This document shows positions 1-11,400 of a stretch of DNA of 64,000 bases, one piece after another. The stretch's first letter is position 1; every line of letters starts with the position of its first letter. Location of the stretch: the NCBI RefSeq assembly GCF_031769215.1, contig NW_026781880.1, positions 186,001-250,000 of the forward strand, in the 5' to 3' direction. The notes below the pieces were generated by a model. It was not told the DNA's origin and ran no database searches. It worked only from the letters and a program-made list of their open reading frames with translations. A program made the translations under genes and the position numbers. The stretch is from Ylistrum balloti. Taxonomy: Eukaryota.

Positions 1-1340
1 CGAGTTAATGGTGTGTTGTTGTATGACGAGTTAATGGTGTTTTGTTATATGACGAGTTAATGGTGTGGTGTTGTATGACGAGTTAATGGTGTGTTGTTAT
101 ATGACGAGTTAATGGTGTGTTGTTGTATGACGAGTTAATGGTGTGTTGATATATAACGAGTTAATGGTGTGTTGTTGTATAACGAGTTAATGGTTTTATT
201 GATATCTGACGAGTTAATGGTATGTTGTTGTATGACGAGTTAATGGTGTGTTGTTGTATGACGAGTTAATGGTGTGTTGCGAAATGACGAGTTAATAGTG
301 TGTTGCTATATGACGAGTTAATGGTGTGTTGTTATATGACGAGTTAATGCTGTGTTGCTGTATGAAGAGTTAATGGTGTGTTGCTGTATGACGAGTTAAT
401 GGTGTGGTGCTGTATGACGAGTTAATGGTGTGTTGTTGTATGACGAGTTGATGATGTGTTGTTATATGACGAGTTAATGGTGTGTTGTTATATGACGAGT
501 TAATGGTATGTTGCTGTATGACGAGTTAATGGTGTGTTGCTGTATGTCGAGTTATGGTGTATTGTATGACGAGTTAATGGTGTGTTGTTGTATGACGAGT
601 TAATGGTGTGTTGTTGTATGACGAGTTAATGGTGTGTTGTTGTATGACGAGTTAATGGTGTGTTGTTATATGACGAGTTAATGGTGTGGTGTTGTATGAC
701 GAGTTAATGGTGTGTTGTTGTATGACGAGTTAATGGTGTGTTGTTGTATGACGAGTTAATGGTGTGTTGATATATAACGAGTTAATGGTGTGTTGTTGTA
801 TAACGAGTTAATGGTTTTATTGATATCTGACGAGTTAATGGTATGTTGTTGTATGACGAGTTAATGGTGTGTTGTTGTATGACGAGTTAAAGGTGTGTTG
901 CGAAATGACGAGTTAATAGTGTGTTGCTATATGACGAGTTAATGGTGTGTTGCTATATGACGAGTTAATGCTGTGTTGCTGTATGAAGAGTTAATGGTTT
1001 GTTGCTGTATGACGAGTTAATGGTGTGTTGCTGTATGACGAGTTAATGGTGTGTTGCTGTATGACGAGTTAATGGTGTGTTGCTGTATGACGAGTTAATG
1101 GTGTGTTGTTGTATGACGAGGTAATGGTGTGTTGCTGTATGACGGATTAATGGTGTGTTGCTGTATGACGAGTTAATGGTGTGTTGCTGTATGACGAGTT
1201 AATGGTGTGTTGTTGTATGACGAGTTAATGGTGTGTTGCTGTATGACGAGTTAATGGTGTGTTGTTGTATGACGAGTTAATAGTGTGTTGTTGTATGACG
1301 AGTTAATGGTGTGTTGCTGTATGACGAGTTAATGGTGTGT
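1..1340. repeat. 26-bp minisatellite array (GACGAGTTAATGGTGTGTTGTTGTAT), open at the window start
   Basis: Period of 26 read directly (CGAG at 1, 27, ...). Variant units recur at a 621-bp offset (148/769, 279/900, 361/982). Confidence 0.97.
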
Positions 1341-2729
1341 GGGACTATGAAATTGGTTGATTTGTAGGCCTGCTTAAAGGTAATTGATGTCATTAAACCA
1401 TTCCATCATATGCAACACTTTCTTTGAGAAAGATCTATTAAAACAAAGATTTTTGAAAATAGCAGGAAACTTCGATTGTTAAAATTAAAGATGGCTGTCT
1501 ATCGGTCATTTTGTTGTTTGGTTGGTCACAAACTAGAACATGCACATCTAAGTCAAATGTATAAAATTATGCCAGAACTGGAGAGTGCTTATTCCTACAC
1601 TCTTTGTTGTACTATTTGATCAGGTATGCATAGTGATTTGATATTCTGTCAAACATTACGGAGTAAACGAAAAGAAAATCCAAAAAATTGTCTTATATAG
1701 TAATTTCCAAGCACAAAAGTTATCTAATGATTTTAAGTATGACAATTTTTGGGTACTCATTTGGTTACTAAACTGCTTTGCTATGTTTGTGAAAATATGT
1801 TTTGGGACTTGTTTGCTAGTTAAATGCAATATGTGTTTTTAAAAACCATATAAAATAAAGCCGATTGTTATATATCATTTTAAGGCCATTATATATGTTA
1901 TTTAGCTGTTTTACTGGATTGTGATCTGGATACTTTTCTTATGAATTTGTCATTTTTTTCCTAGTATCGATGTATGTGGCACTGCAGTCAGAATAATGGT
2001 CCAACAGATGTTTAACTGTTGTTATGTTTGCTTTGATGGAATTGACTAATTTAAATAAATATATATAAAATCTTGTGGGCCGTTTTCACCCTCTATGCAA
2101 CACTCCTTTATTTTTTCATCAACAATCAAGTTGTGTAATAGCGATGACTTATCTTTATCATAAATGAAACAAATATATTTAATACTGTTTACCTTTACAG
2201 AAAAAGTGTAATAAATCCTTTCGATCGTTACATTTTTACTTGTGACTTAATGTTCCTTCTGTGCCATTATTTTTATTGGATATATCAATATCATACCATT
2301 GGAAACTATGGGACCACGATGTAAGATATTTACTTCTTCACACATTCTCCACTGATAACATGTCCGGTTACCTCGACATTTAGCTTAGACATTGTTTGAT
2401 ATCGATTGGAAGGTACGTAACAATTAACAACTACTGGTAAGAGGATAGAAAGTTGTCATTCACGTAGTATCATTGTAAAGATAGTAATACGAACTAATTA
2501 TGGTCATGACGTATTTTTATTGAAATGAAATTATTGTAACAGTCCTTAAACCGAATACTAAACCCATGAAGAGGAGTAAAACCACATGAAAATTGGTGCT
2601 TTTTTATAAAAATATTAATAAGGGTTAAAACAAATGACTTGTTTTAAAATATTTCAAACTGTATTGTTCAGTAGAATGGAAATACATATCGTAAGGCGAC
2701 ATGGCAGCTCCGTCAAACAATTGCAGTCC

Positions 2730-3164
2730 TTAGTTTTGGATCATGACTTTGTTTAACATCTGTAGAAAGTTTTCAGCACGCCTTCCAAGAGCACCCATCC
2801 CCCTGACTTTGTTATTTGACACTTTCCTCAGCGGACTTGTGTGGATAGGATTACGTTTCGTGGTAGCGTCGTTCCCGGTAGTTCTGGTGTCTATGTGCCA
2901 TTGTCCGTCAGTTGCAGATCGCCGGTACGGTATATCATTTATTTCATTGTCCTCACATTTCTTGCTACATTTGTCTTGAACATAAAAACAGTAATCGAGA
3001 CATTTCTGGGACCTAATTGCACATTCAAGTTCATTAGTACACTCGAAGAATTCGTCAGTACATCGGGATTCGCAATCCAAGTATGTACCGGACACTTTAA
3101 TTGGTTGTATGATTGAACCAACCAATGTGATTGTAACAAACACACATGTTTCCTGTAGATTCAT
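2730..3164 (-). CDS. Secreted cysteine-rich prepropeptide, 144 aa, 8 Cys, with dibasic processing sites; family unassigned
   Basis: Hydrophobic N-terminus, then C-x3-C-x6-C-x5-C-x6-C-x3-C-x6-C-x3-C, then RR/KR/RK/GRR sites. The ATG directly follows a splice acceptor (tttatttccag|ATG). AATAAA on the minus strand at 2521-2516. Confidence 0.75.
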   Translation of the reverse strand: MNLQETCVFVTITLVGSIIQPIKVSGTYLDCESRCTDEFFECTNELECAIRSQKCLDYCFYVQDKCSKKCEDNEINDIPYRRSATDGQWHIDTRTTGNDATTKRNPIHTSPLRKVSNNKVRGMGALGRRAENFLQMLNKVMIQN

Positions 3165-5065
3165 CTGGAAATAAACGACAAAAGTACAGGTATCAAATTA
3201 CACTCGTTTATAGATGATGGTGTGACGTCATCACCCCATTTACTGGTATTTTCAGTCACATTGATTTTGACCTTTGGTGTGTCTCCCTATAAAAGATGGG
3301 ATATCGTGATTTTGGCATCACGACAAATGATAATTAAAGAAACATAAGCTCATTCATTGAACAAAAAAAAACCAAATGAAAGATGAAAATTAAGAAAATG
3401 ACACATTCCCTTACACCAAATACTTATTAATTGTTAATCACAGAAAAACAAAACCCTGAACATATTGACAACATAGGTTTGTTATATAGTGCCTGTATTT
3501 CTGTTTCATTTCTCCGCTTTGATGGCAGACCCTACAGAACCTCTCAAAACAATAAGAGAAAATTAACACATTCCTAGGATCCAAGCTAAACACAAAATAA
3601 ACGAGAACAAGAAAAGAACAGAACAATTAATGTCACTGAATAAGATCGGTATTCCGCTAAAACCTAGCGCTTGATTTTTTTCTGTGTCACACTATCGAAA
3701 CATCCAGGTGCATAACACAACGAATTATCATTTCAGCAGCATTGAATGGAAAATTCTACTTTATACAAATCTGCCTAAAACTTCACTGATAATCATCATA
3801 CATTGTAAATCTGACCTAAATTATATTATGATCAGCTGTCCATGTAAGAATGCACCTAAGTGATTATTTTATCGAATGTAATGGCCTTTCTTTGATTCCA
3901 GAGTTAGTCAATTACCTATATGACTTAAAATATCATATACATATTTTACATAATGGTCTCCCATTTACTCATTGTAAATCTGGATTGTATTCACAGGAGT
4001 ATAAATACAGTCTAGATCACGTCACGCCAACGCTTTGCACCTCGCCTCAGATAACACGCTTCATAGCTTTACGTTAATCAATTAGCTGCTTATGATTTTC
4101 AAAATGCTTCCCAGTGTGTAAACATTCAGCGAGGAAAACAATTTTAAATCAGGAAAAGACAAACAGTTATGTTTTGTATCTGCAATGTAAATAGCCTTTG
4201 AACGTCGGTCATATTGCATTTATTGTCAATATAAAAGTAACCTGGGTGCCAGATAAATAATTATGACGGCCTAACAATATGACTGGCGTTCAATGGTTAA
4301 ATTCAATAGGATTTGTTTATCCAAATATCCTAGACAATAACTTGTGTCAGGATTTGTTTCACTTTAAATCAGTAATATTTTATCCTCATAACTCAAATTA
4401 AAGTATAAGATGTTTGAATGTGTCAATGATTTACGCTGGTTCTGAACAAACGTATGACAAATGTGACGACTGATGTTAAGATTTAACATCTTACAGTAGA
4501 GTTTGTTTAAGCTGCCGTTTTAATTTGGAATTAAGATCAAAGGTTAAAATGTCACAGATGTAAAGAATATGTATTTTCATTTTTTTAAATGCATTTCAAA
4601 TATCACACTCATAGAAACTGAGTATACACAATTACATAACCATGCCAAATGCTACTTGTTAAGACAATACATTTTAACGTTCAATAACGTAAGTAATGTA
4701 AACTTGTCTTTTTCGATATGTATACCTCACAGATAATGTGACACTCGCTATAACCACGTATCAGCATTTCAAAAGGAAAACTTAAAACATATATCTGTGA
4801 ATTTGTCTTAAACAGGAAAAATGTTAATAAAATGTTAAAATCAGAGTTCTCTATACTATTAATGGGTTCAAAGTATCATTCAACGCTGATTTTTAAAAAA
4901 TAAATTTAATAGATCTTATCAAAGAAATATTCACTATTTTTTTAATAAATATTTTATATACCATGCAAACATGTAAGAACTTTCAAAACATTTATTGTTG
5001 GTAACAATGAAATATTTTTAAAACAATATTGTGTTCAAAATGAAAAACAAATCAAAATCCTTTAC

Positions 5066-5165
5066 CTTAGAAAGTCAAGTTGTTAGAACGCTGCAGTGGT
5101 GTTGAGGTTTACACACAGGCTTTCCTACTGCAATGGTCCTTTTCCTCTGTCAACTCTTTTATATA
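5066..5165 (-). promoter_or_regulatory. TATA box, Inr and non-coding exon 1 of the Cys-rich prepropeptide gene
   Basis: Minus strand TATATAAAAG at 5165-5156 and Inr-like CCATT with A at 5134 (31 nt downstream). An ATG-free 69-nt exon ends at donor AAG|GTAAAG (5066/5065). Splicing to 3164 gives aagATG. Confidence 0.65.
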
Positions 5166-5589
5166 CAAGTATAACAATGAGATATCAACAATTCTAATGC
5201 TGAAATGTCACATTTTAAATACAGTATTTCCATAATATTGGTCCATTACAGTATCGAGTTAGTGGTTGATGGGATACTTATTTATGACACTTGTCAACCG
5301 TGTCATTATAATCACCAAAGTAACAGAAAGATTACGTTTGGTCGACACAGATACGTATCGTCTTACTGATCCATTCCAACACGTGTCTATGAAAGCTGGA
5401 ATTTACAACAATAACCAAATCAATTCCAAATGGCATGACTTTTTAAAAAATGCATTTGTCCAAACTGAAACATCCTGATTTACGTTATAAAAGTAAACTT
5501 GATACAAAAAAAGACAAACAATTTAATTTGAGGAATTATACTAACCCGATGAGAACCGACAGACAATAAATATCATTGTTAGGTTTTGT

Positions 5590-6480
5590 TTGTAAGGGTA
5601 CAAAGAGTTCACATGAAAGTTACTCCAATGTTGCCAAAGAGAAAACAGAAATTAAACCAACATGTGTTGTAAAAGCTGTTTTATGTATCGATGATTCCTC
5701 CATAGGGACATGCCAATACCCTTTGCCGAGATCTAAGCGTGAGAAAAATGTGTTTCCTGACAGTCGGGCAAATATATCGTTCGCGTCCGATATTGGTTCT
5801 GCATCAAAGATGGTCGCTCTGTTTAATTGCCTAAAATCAATGCAAAAGCGGTTTATGCCGTATTTTTTCCTAACAATAATGCGTATAGCGAATCGGACTT
5901 CTCAATAACACCCGTCTGAAGCATCTTCTCGACTTCCTCTCGAATGATGTCTTTCATGTTGTGGGGAATCGGGTTGTTATTAGCCGTCACTGGTTCGTTG
6001 TTCGTTGTCCGGACTGCATACGCTACCAGATTTGTTTCCATGTACATCTTATAACATGTCTGAGAATTCAGCCATCAAGGTCTTAACGCCTTTGTTATTG
6101 TTGGATTGACAGTAGTTCTCATACTTATACATCGTCTACACTTTCGGTCTTTACAGGAGTCGGTGCGTTGAAACAATCGGTGTTCCGTAAGTCACCTTCA
6201 ACATCATCATCGTCATTATTCTCTATCAAAGATGAACAAACACTTTTCAGAACGCCAGCCTCACACGACCCTGGCATTTCCCTGTGGACATACCAACGCA
6301 GCAAGTTTGCATGAAAAAAATTTCTCTTTGTCATCAACTGACACCACATAATCCATTGGACCCTTCAGCTCTGTGATGCCTCAAGGTCCCCGCCACTGCA
6401 TCTGGAGTTTGTTCCGTTTCGTCGGTAACAAAACCAGCACCTTCTCTCCTGGTTCCATAACTCAGTTATTCGCCTTCCTA
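5590..6480 (-). mobile_element. Decayed Ty3/gypsy LTR-retrotransposon pol fragment, integrase C-terminus upstream of RT (Gmr1-like order)
   Basis: Manual translation across stops and frameshifts gives EPGEKVLVLLPTKRNKLQMQWRGP...FHANLLRWY (integrase GPY/F module), then IREEVEKMLQTGVIEKS...RFCIDFRQLNRATIFDAEPI...FSRLDLGKGYWHV...KTAF (RT N-terminal half). Confidence 0.85.
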
Positions 6481-6532
6481 TTACAAGCTGACGATTAGAG
6501 AGTAACCTTTAACTTCTCTCATCACTGATGAC

Positions 6533-7175
6533 TGTGACAATCAATAATTGTTAGTATTAAATAGTATGTTTTGGTTGTGGGAATGTATTATATATATGCT
6601 TATGATTGTTTATATATGTAAATTAACCAAGCATGTATAGAGTGGAACAGAGAGAAGGCTAATTGCATTCTAAATTATCCTCCAATTAAATTCTGAATAA
6701 ATTATTTCGGAATGGACACCTGCAATCATTAATCGCAATTATTAATCCTAATAGTCCGTGGAGATCGTTGACATCTAATTGGTGAGAGAAGCTTTCTATC
6801 TCTCTTACAGTGGTCAACAGCGACAAGTTAATGATTTCAACGATTTAATTGTTTATTATATATTACTTCTGCGATTTCATGTGAACGTTAATAATTTATG
6901 CTCAACAAGAGATTAATAATTGTAACAGCCACGTGTTTTCTCTCTGTTCTCACGTTGTCGATTTATTTTCGGATATAGAATAGCCAGACTTGTGTCTGAG
7001 GGAGGTGTTTGGAAGGGACACTCGAGGAACGAATATCGACAGTGATCGAGCGGTAGAAAAAGCAGACATTATGTTCCTATGAGGGCTGTGTAGCCAAGGA
7101 ACATATACACAATGCAATGGAAATAATAAACACTACAAAATAAAAAACAAAAAGACGTGTCGATATTGTGTAACA
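6533..7175. mobile_element. Possible solo LTR
   Basis: Begins TGTGACA and ends TGTAACA; flanks ATGAC/CTGAC (4/5 match as a TSD); truncates the gypsy fragment. No second copy is available to confirm it. Confidence 0.3.
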
Positions 7176-8065
7176 CTGACAGTCTTAGGTAATGTGTCTC
7201 CTGACAATCTTTGACAATGTTTATCTAAAACAGTCACAGGATAGTCTTAGGAAATGTGTCCCCCGACACTAGGACAGTTTATGAGGTTACACACATCACA
7301 TTAGGTCGTCTACAACGGAAATCTAGTGATATTCTCTAAACTGAAAACAGTATATTATTATCGAAATTGAAACTCATCGTAATCCACAACTTATTACTAA
7401 CAAGGTATGTTTAAGAAACACCAAGTCCCCGGTTGCAACAATGGTTCTGACGTGAGACATTCAAAATTGCGTGCACACTTAATGAAACACTTTCTCTTTG
7501 CACAGCGTGTATATTCCTATCAAATGTTTGTCTTTCCTGTTTTGCTTCACTCATCTCGTCACTCCTTATACTTGACTGACGAATTAGATTTTATTACTCT
7601 TTTGATATTTTCACGTTGAACAAAGTCATCTCTGTTATAGTATCCTTTCTTTGATCCTCCGTCTTACCTTAAAGAGGATGAAGATTGTATTAATCCCACA
7701 CCGGTAAATACCCTGGATTTGGCTGTCCAGAGTAAGAGATAGTGGTAATAAACATGGCATTAAGATCTCTGTATAATACATGAGTTACTCATTAATAAAA
7801 CTAGTGTGTCCACAAGCTGTAGTGAAATTGTAATAACCTCGCCGATTTTTTTACCTAGATCAACATCTAACACATTAAATCAAAGACAAACAAAACTGAC
7901 ATCATAATGTATTTATCAGTGGTTGACAAACCTGAAATACAGTTCAAAATCTGATGTATTTTAATCGGCGTTTACATTTATTGTTTAAAATATACATTGA
8001 AAATAATTATTTATTTTATCTCCTTTTTCATATTTGTATTCTCGTTTAAACTTATATTCTAGTTT

Positions 8066-8483
8066 TGTAGTGAAACGCTAGTTTTATATTGTCCGTCTGC
8101 TCTGGTAGTCAGGTCAGGGTTCAGAGTTCATTCTTTGTACATCGTGGAAAAATGCATCATGGGATATGTTTACGTGAAAGTCCAAAGGAAACAGACTTGC
8201 GGATTTAGCAAGGCTTAGGTGACCCATGAGGTAACTTTAATACGGTTTAAACGTTTGAAGTTTATTAATTTTGTTGAAATATGTACTAAGGACAGGTTAA
8301 TTTCTGTATTTTTCATTTTTTTACCGCAGGTTGGGGCGCAAGCTAGGTGCAACCAAGAAGCCCTACACTGTGTTTGTGATTATTGTGAACTATGGCTATA
8401 GGAACTAGGAACTTTGTATATGTAATAAAGGAACTCATTAAAGGCGTTTAGTTTGTATTTCTTTGGACTCACTCGACATCACA
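8066..8483 (+). repeat. 5' LTR of the BEL/Pao element
   Basis: Direct repeat of 14378-14795, TG...CA ends, AATAAA near 8424. Confidence 0.97.
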
Positions 8484-8495
8484 GTAAAAAAACTC

Positions 8496-11400
8496 ATGGC
8501 TGAAAACCCGGGAAAAAGAACCAACAAAATGACGGAAAAGGCACGTCAGGCATTTGAGGACACAGTCGGCAAATATAAACATAGACTGTTAAATTTATAC
8601 AGAAATTTAGATTGTCTCATAACTGATATTGAGTATGAAAATATGAACTTGGATGAATTAAAATCTTTGGCATCAGACATTACCCAATCATATGAATCCT
8701 ATGAACAAGTTTCAACCAAATTCAGTAAATATTTGGAAGAAAGTAGAACGGAACAAGGCCAGGAAGAATTATTATTTCATATGACAGCTGTGGAAACATT
8801 AAAATCCCAGTGTGACACGGTTTTGGACCAAATTCAATCATTTATTGACAAAATAAACCCAGTTCAAACTGTATCTGTGGTCGATAACATTTCACAGGGG
8901 TTTGTAGTCGAGGAAAAACCTCGGCATAGTGTAAGTGGATATAAAAACGGCGTTTCGGATATTATGTCAATAAAGTCGAAAACAAGTAAAACCTCAGTGC
9001 GTTCTAGCATAACTAACATCTCCAGGGTCAGTTCAGTATATATGAAACAACGAGCGAAATTGAAAGCGGCCAAAGTGAGGCTAAAATTTGCTGAGAAAGA
9101 GGCCGAATTGCAAAAATCCCTTCAGCTGTTAAAATCACAAAGAGAACTGGACGAGGCAGCAGCCGAGCTTAAGGCTATGGATGACGTTATCGACACTGGT
9201 AGCCCTATCAGACATTGTTCACAAGCACCGTCGGATGATGAGGAGTTACACAGGAAGTCTAGGACAGTTGAATTTGTGCAAAGTCAAGCCGAAAATTTGA
9301 ACACCGGTTATGAAACATCCGACCCCTATTCACATAAAGTGCCGGTAAACGTTGAGGCTCGAGAATTCACCCCAGGTCAGTGTGTAACTGGACTGACTGA
9401 TTTGACCAAATTTATGCTAAAGAAAGACTTGCTTATGGGTAGACTCACTCAGTTTACTGATAAACCCGAGGAGTATCGTGTCTGGAAAATGTCATTCCTA
9501 AATGTTGTAAAGGAACTTGATGTAAGCCCTCAAGAACAATTAGACTTATTATCGAAATGGTTGGGGCCAGAATCTCGAAAACAGGCTGTAAGTGTAAGTC
9601 TACGTGCTGCAAACATACACGACCCACCCCAAGCCTTGTGCAAAATCTGGACTAGGCTCAGTGAGAAGTACGGCGCGCCCGACCAAATTGAGTTATCTTT
9701 GAGGGAAAGGCTAAACAAATTCCCGAAATTAACGAACCGAGATGGTCAGAAATTATTTGATCTTTCGAACATATTGGCGGAAATTCAGGCAGTTAAGGAA
9801 AACACGGCGTTCAGCTCGATAATGGCGCACTACGATTCGTCCAGCGGAATAAACCCAATTGTTTGCAAGTTACCCGTGTTCATACAGAACAACTGGACTG
9901 ACTATGCGTGCAGATATCAAACCGAGCACAATGTTACATATCCGAAATTCAGTGTTTTCGAGAGGTTCATACAGGAAATGAGCTCGCGAATGAACAACCC
10001 GAGTTTCAATTACACCGATGGTACTGCGGTACCTAGCGTCAACAAAGAACAACGTCGTACTCCGTCTACTGGAAGTAGGAATGCATACGTCTTTTCAAAG
10101 AAAACGGAAGTTAATAATGTGCCTACAGCATTTTTGTGCCCACTTCATGACAGTGCGAGAGAAGTGAAGCATTTGTTATCAGGTTGCCACCTGTTTCTAT
10201 CGAAATCCAAGGACGAAAAGAGGGAAATTCTCTTAAAACACGGCGTGTGCTTTAAGTGTTGTAAGGACAAACATTTGGCCAAAGACTGTACAGAAAAAGT
10301 AATCTGTACTGTGTGTAAAGGTTCATCGCATTGCACCATGTTTCATGATGACAAATATCAGCCCCGTCAGTCTCACGGCGAGGAAAGGACAAGTATCAGG
10401 GGAGACAATCTTAAGATAAATTCCAAGTGTACACAGTTGTGCGGTGAAACCGGTCCCTTCGTGGGGAAATCGTGTTCAAAAACGGTGTTAGTAAATATCT
10501 ACAAGGACGGACAACTTAATAATGTGTTGCGTGCTTATGCCATTATAGATGAGCAGAGCAATCGGACATTGGCCAAAAGTGAGTTCTTCGATTATTTTGG
10601 AGATCATTCTACGGAAACCGGATACGTACTTTCATCATGTGCCGGTGAAATTCAGGTAACCGGGAGGCAAGGCAGCGGATACGTAATGGAATCATTGGAC
10701 AAGGAATACTCATTAAAATTACCGTTGATTACAGAATGCAATTATATTCCGAATGTGAAACAGGAAATACCTACACCGGAAGTTGCACGACACTATAGTC
10801 ACATGCAGGACATTGCTCATCTTATCCCAGAGTATGAAAACGATACGCCCATATTGCTTCTCGTTGGCAGAGATCTCATTTCGGCGAATCATGTGTTGGA
10901 ACAGCGAACTGGACATGAACGTGAACCATATGCACAGAAATTAAAATTCTGTTGGGTAGTTGTAGGAGAATCGTGCCTAGGTCTCGTTCACAAACCTACG
11001 GTCATAACTGTGAGCAAAACGGTCGTTTTACCGGATGGCAGACCTACTCTCATGGATCCGTGTCCGAATTACTTCAAGGCTCAGTTTGAAAAATCCGATA
11101 AGTTGCCAATTGGAATGGACATATTTCAAAGAACAAAATTCGATGATATTCCTGGTTACTCGCAACAGGATAAGGAATTCATGCGTGTCATGGAAGGGGA
11201 GTTTATTAAGGACGAGTACGGTAATTGGAGTGCACCGTTACCGCTAAAAAAGGAACGACCTACTTTGTCAAACAATATGGATCAGGCAAGGCATCGCGCA
11301 GAAAATCTACGAAAGTCGTTACTGAAAAATCCTACTGAGCGCGAACAGTTTTGTGCGTTTATGCAAAACATTTTTGACAAGGAGCATGCAGAGGTAGCTC

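Noticed and set aside
8219-8401. Identical 60-aa ORFs at 8219 and 14531
   Set aside because: LTR duplicates with a GTG start running through the intron-like segment; no coding evidence.
8463-8495. ORF-track N-terminal extension of gag-pol (MDSLDITVKKL)
   Set aside because: It starts at a TTG inside the LTR; the first ATG at 8496 is the plausible start.
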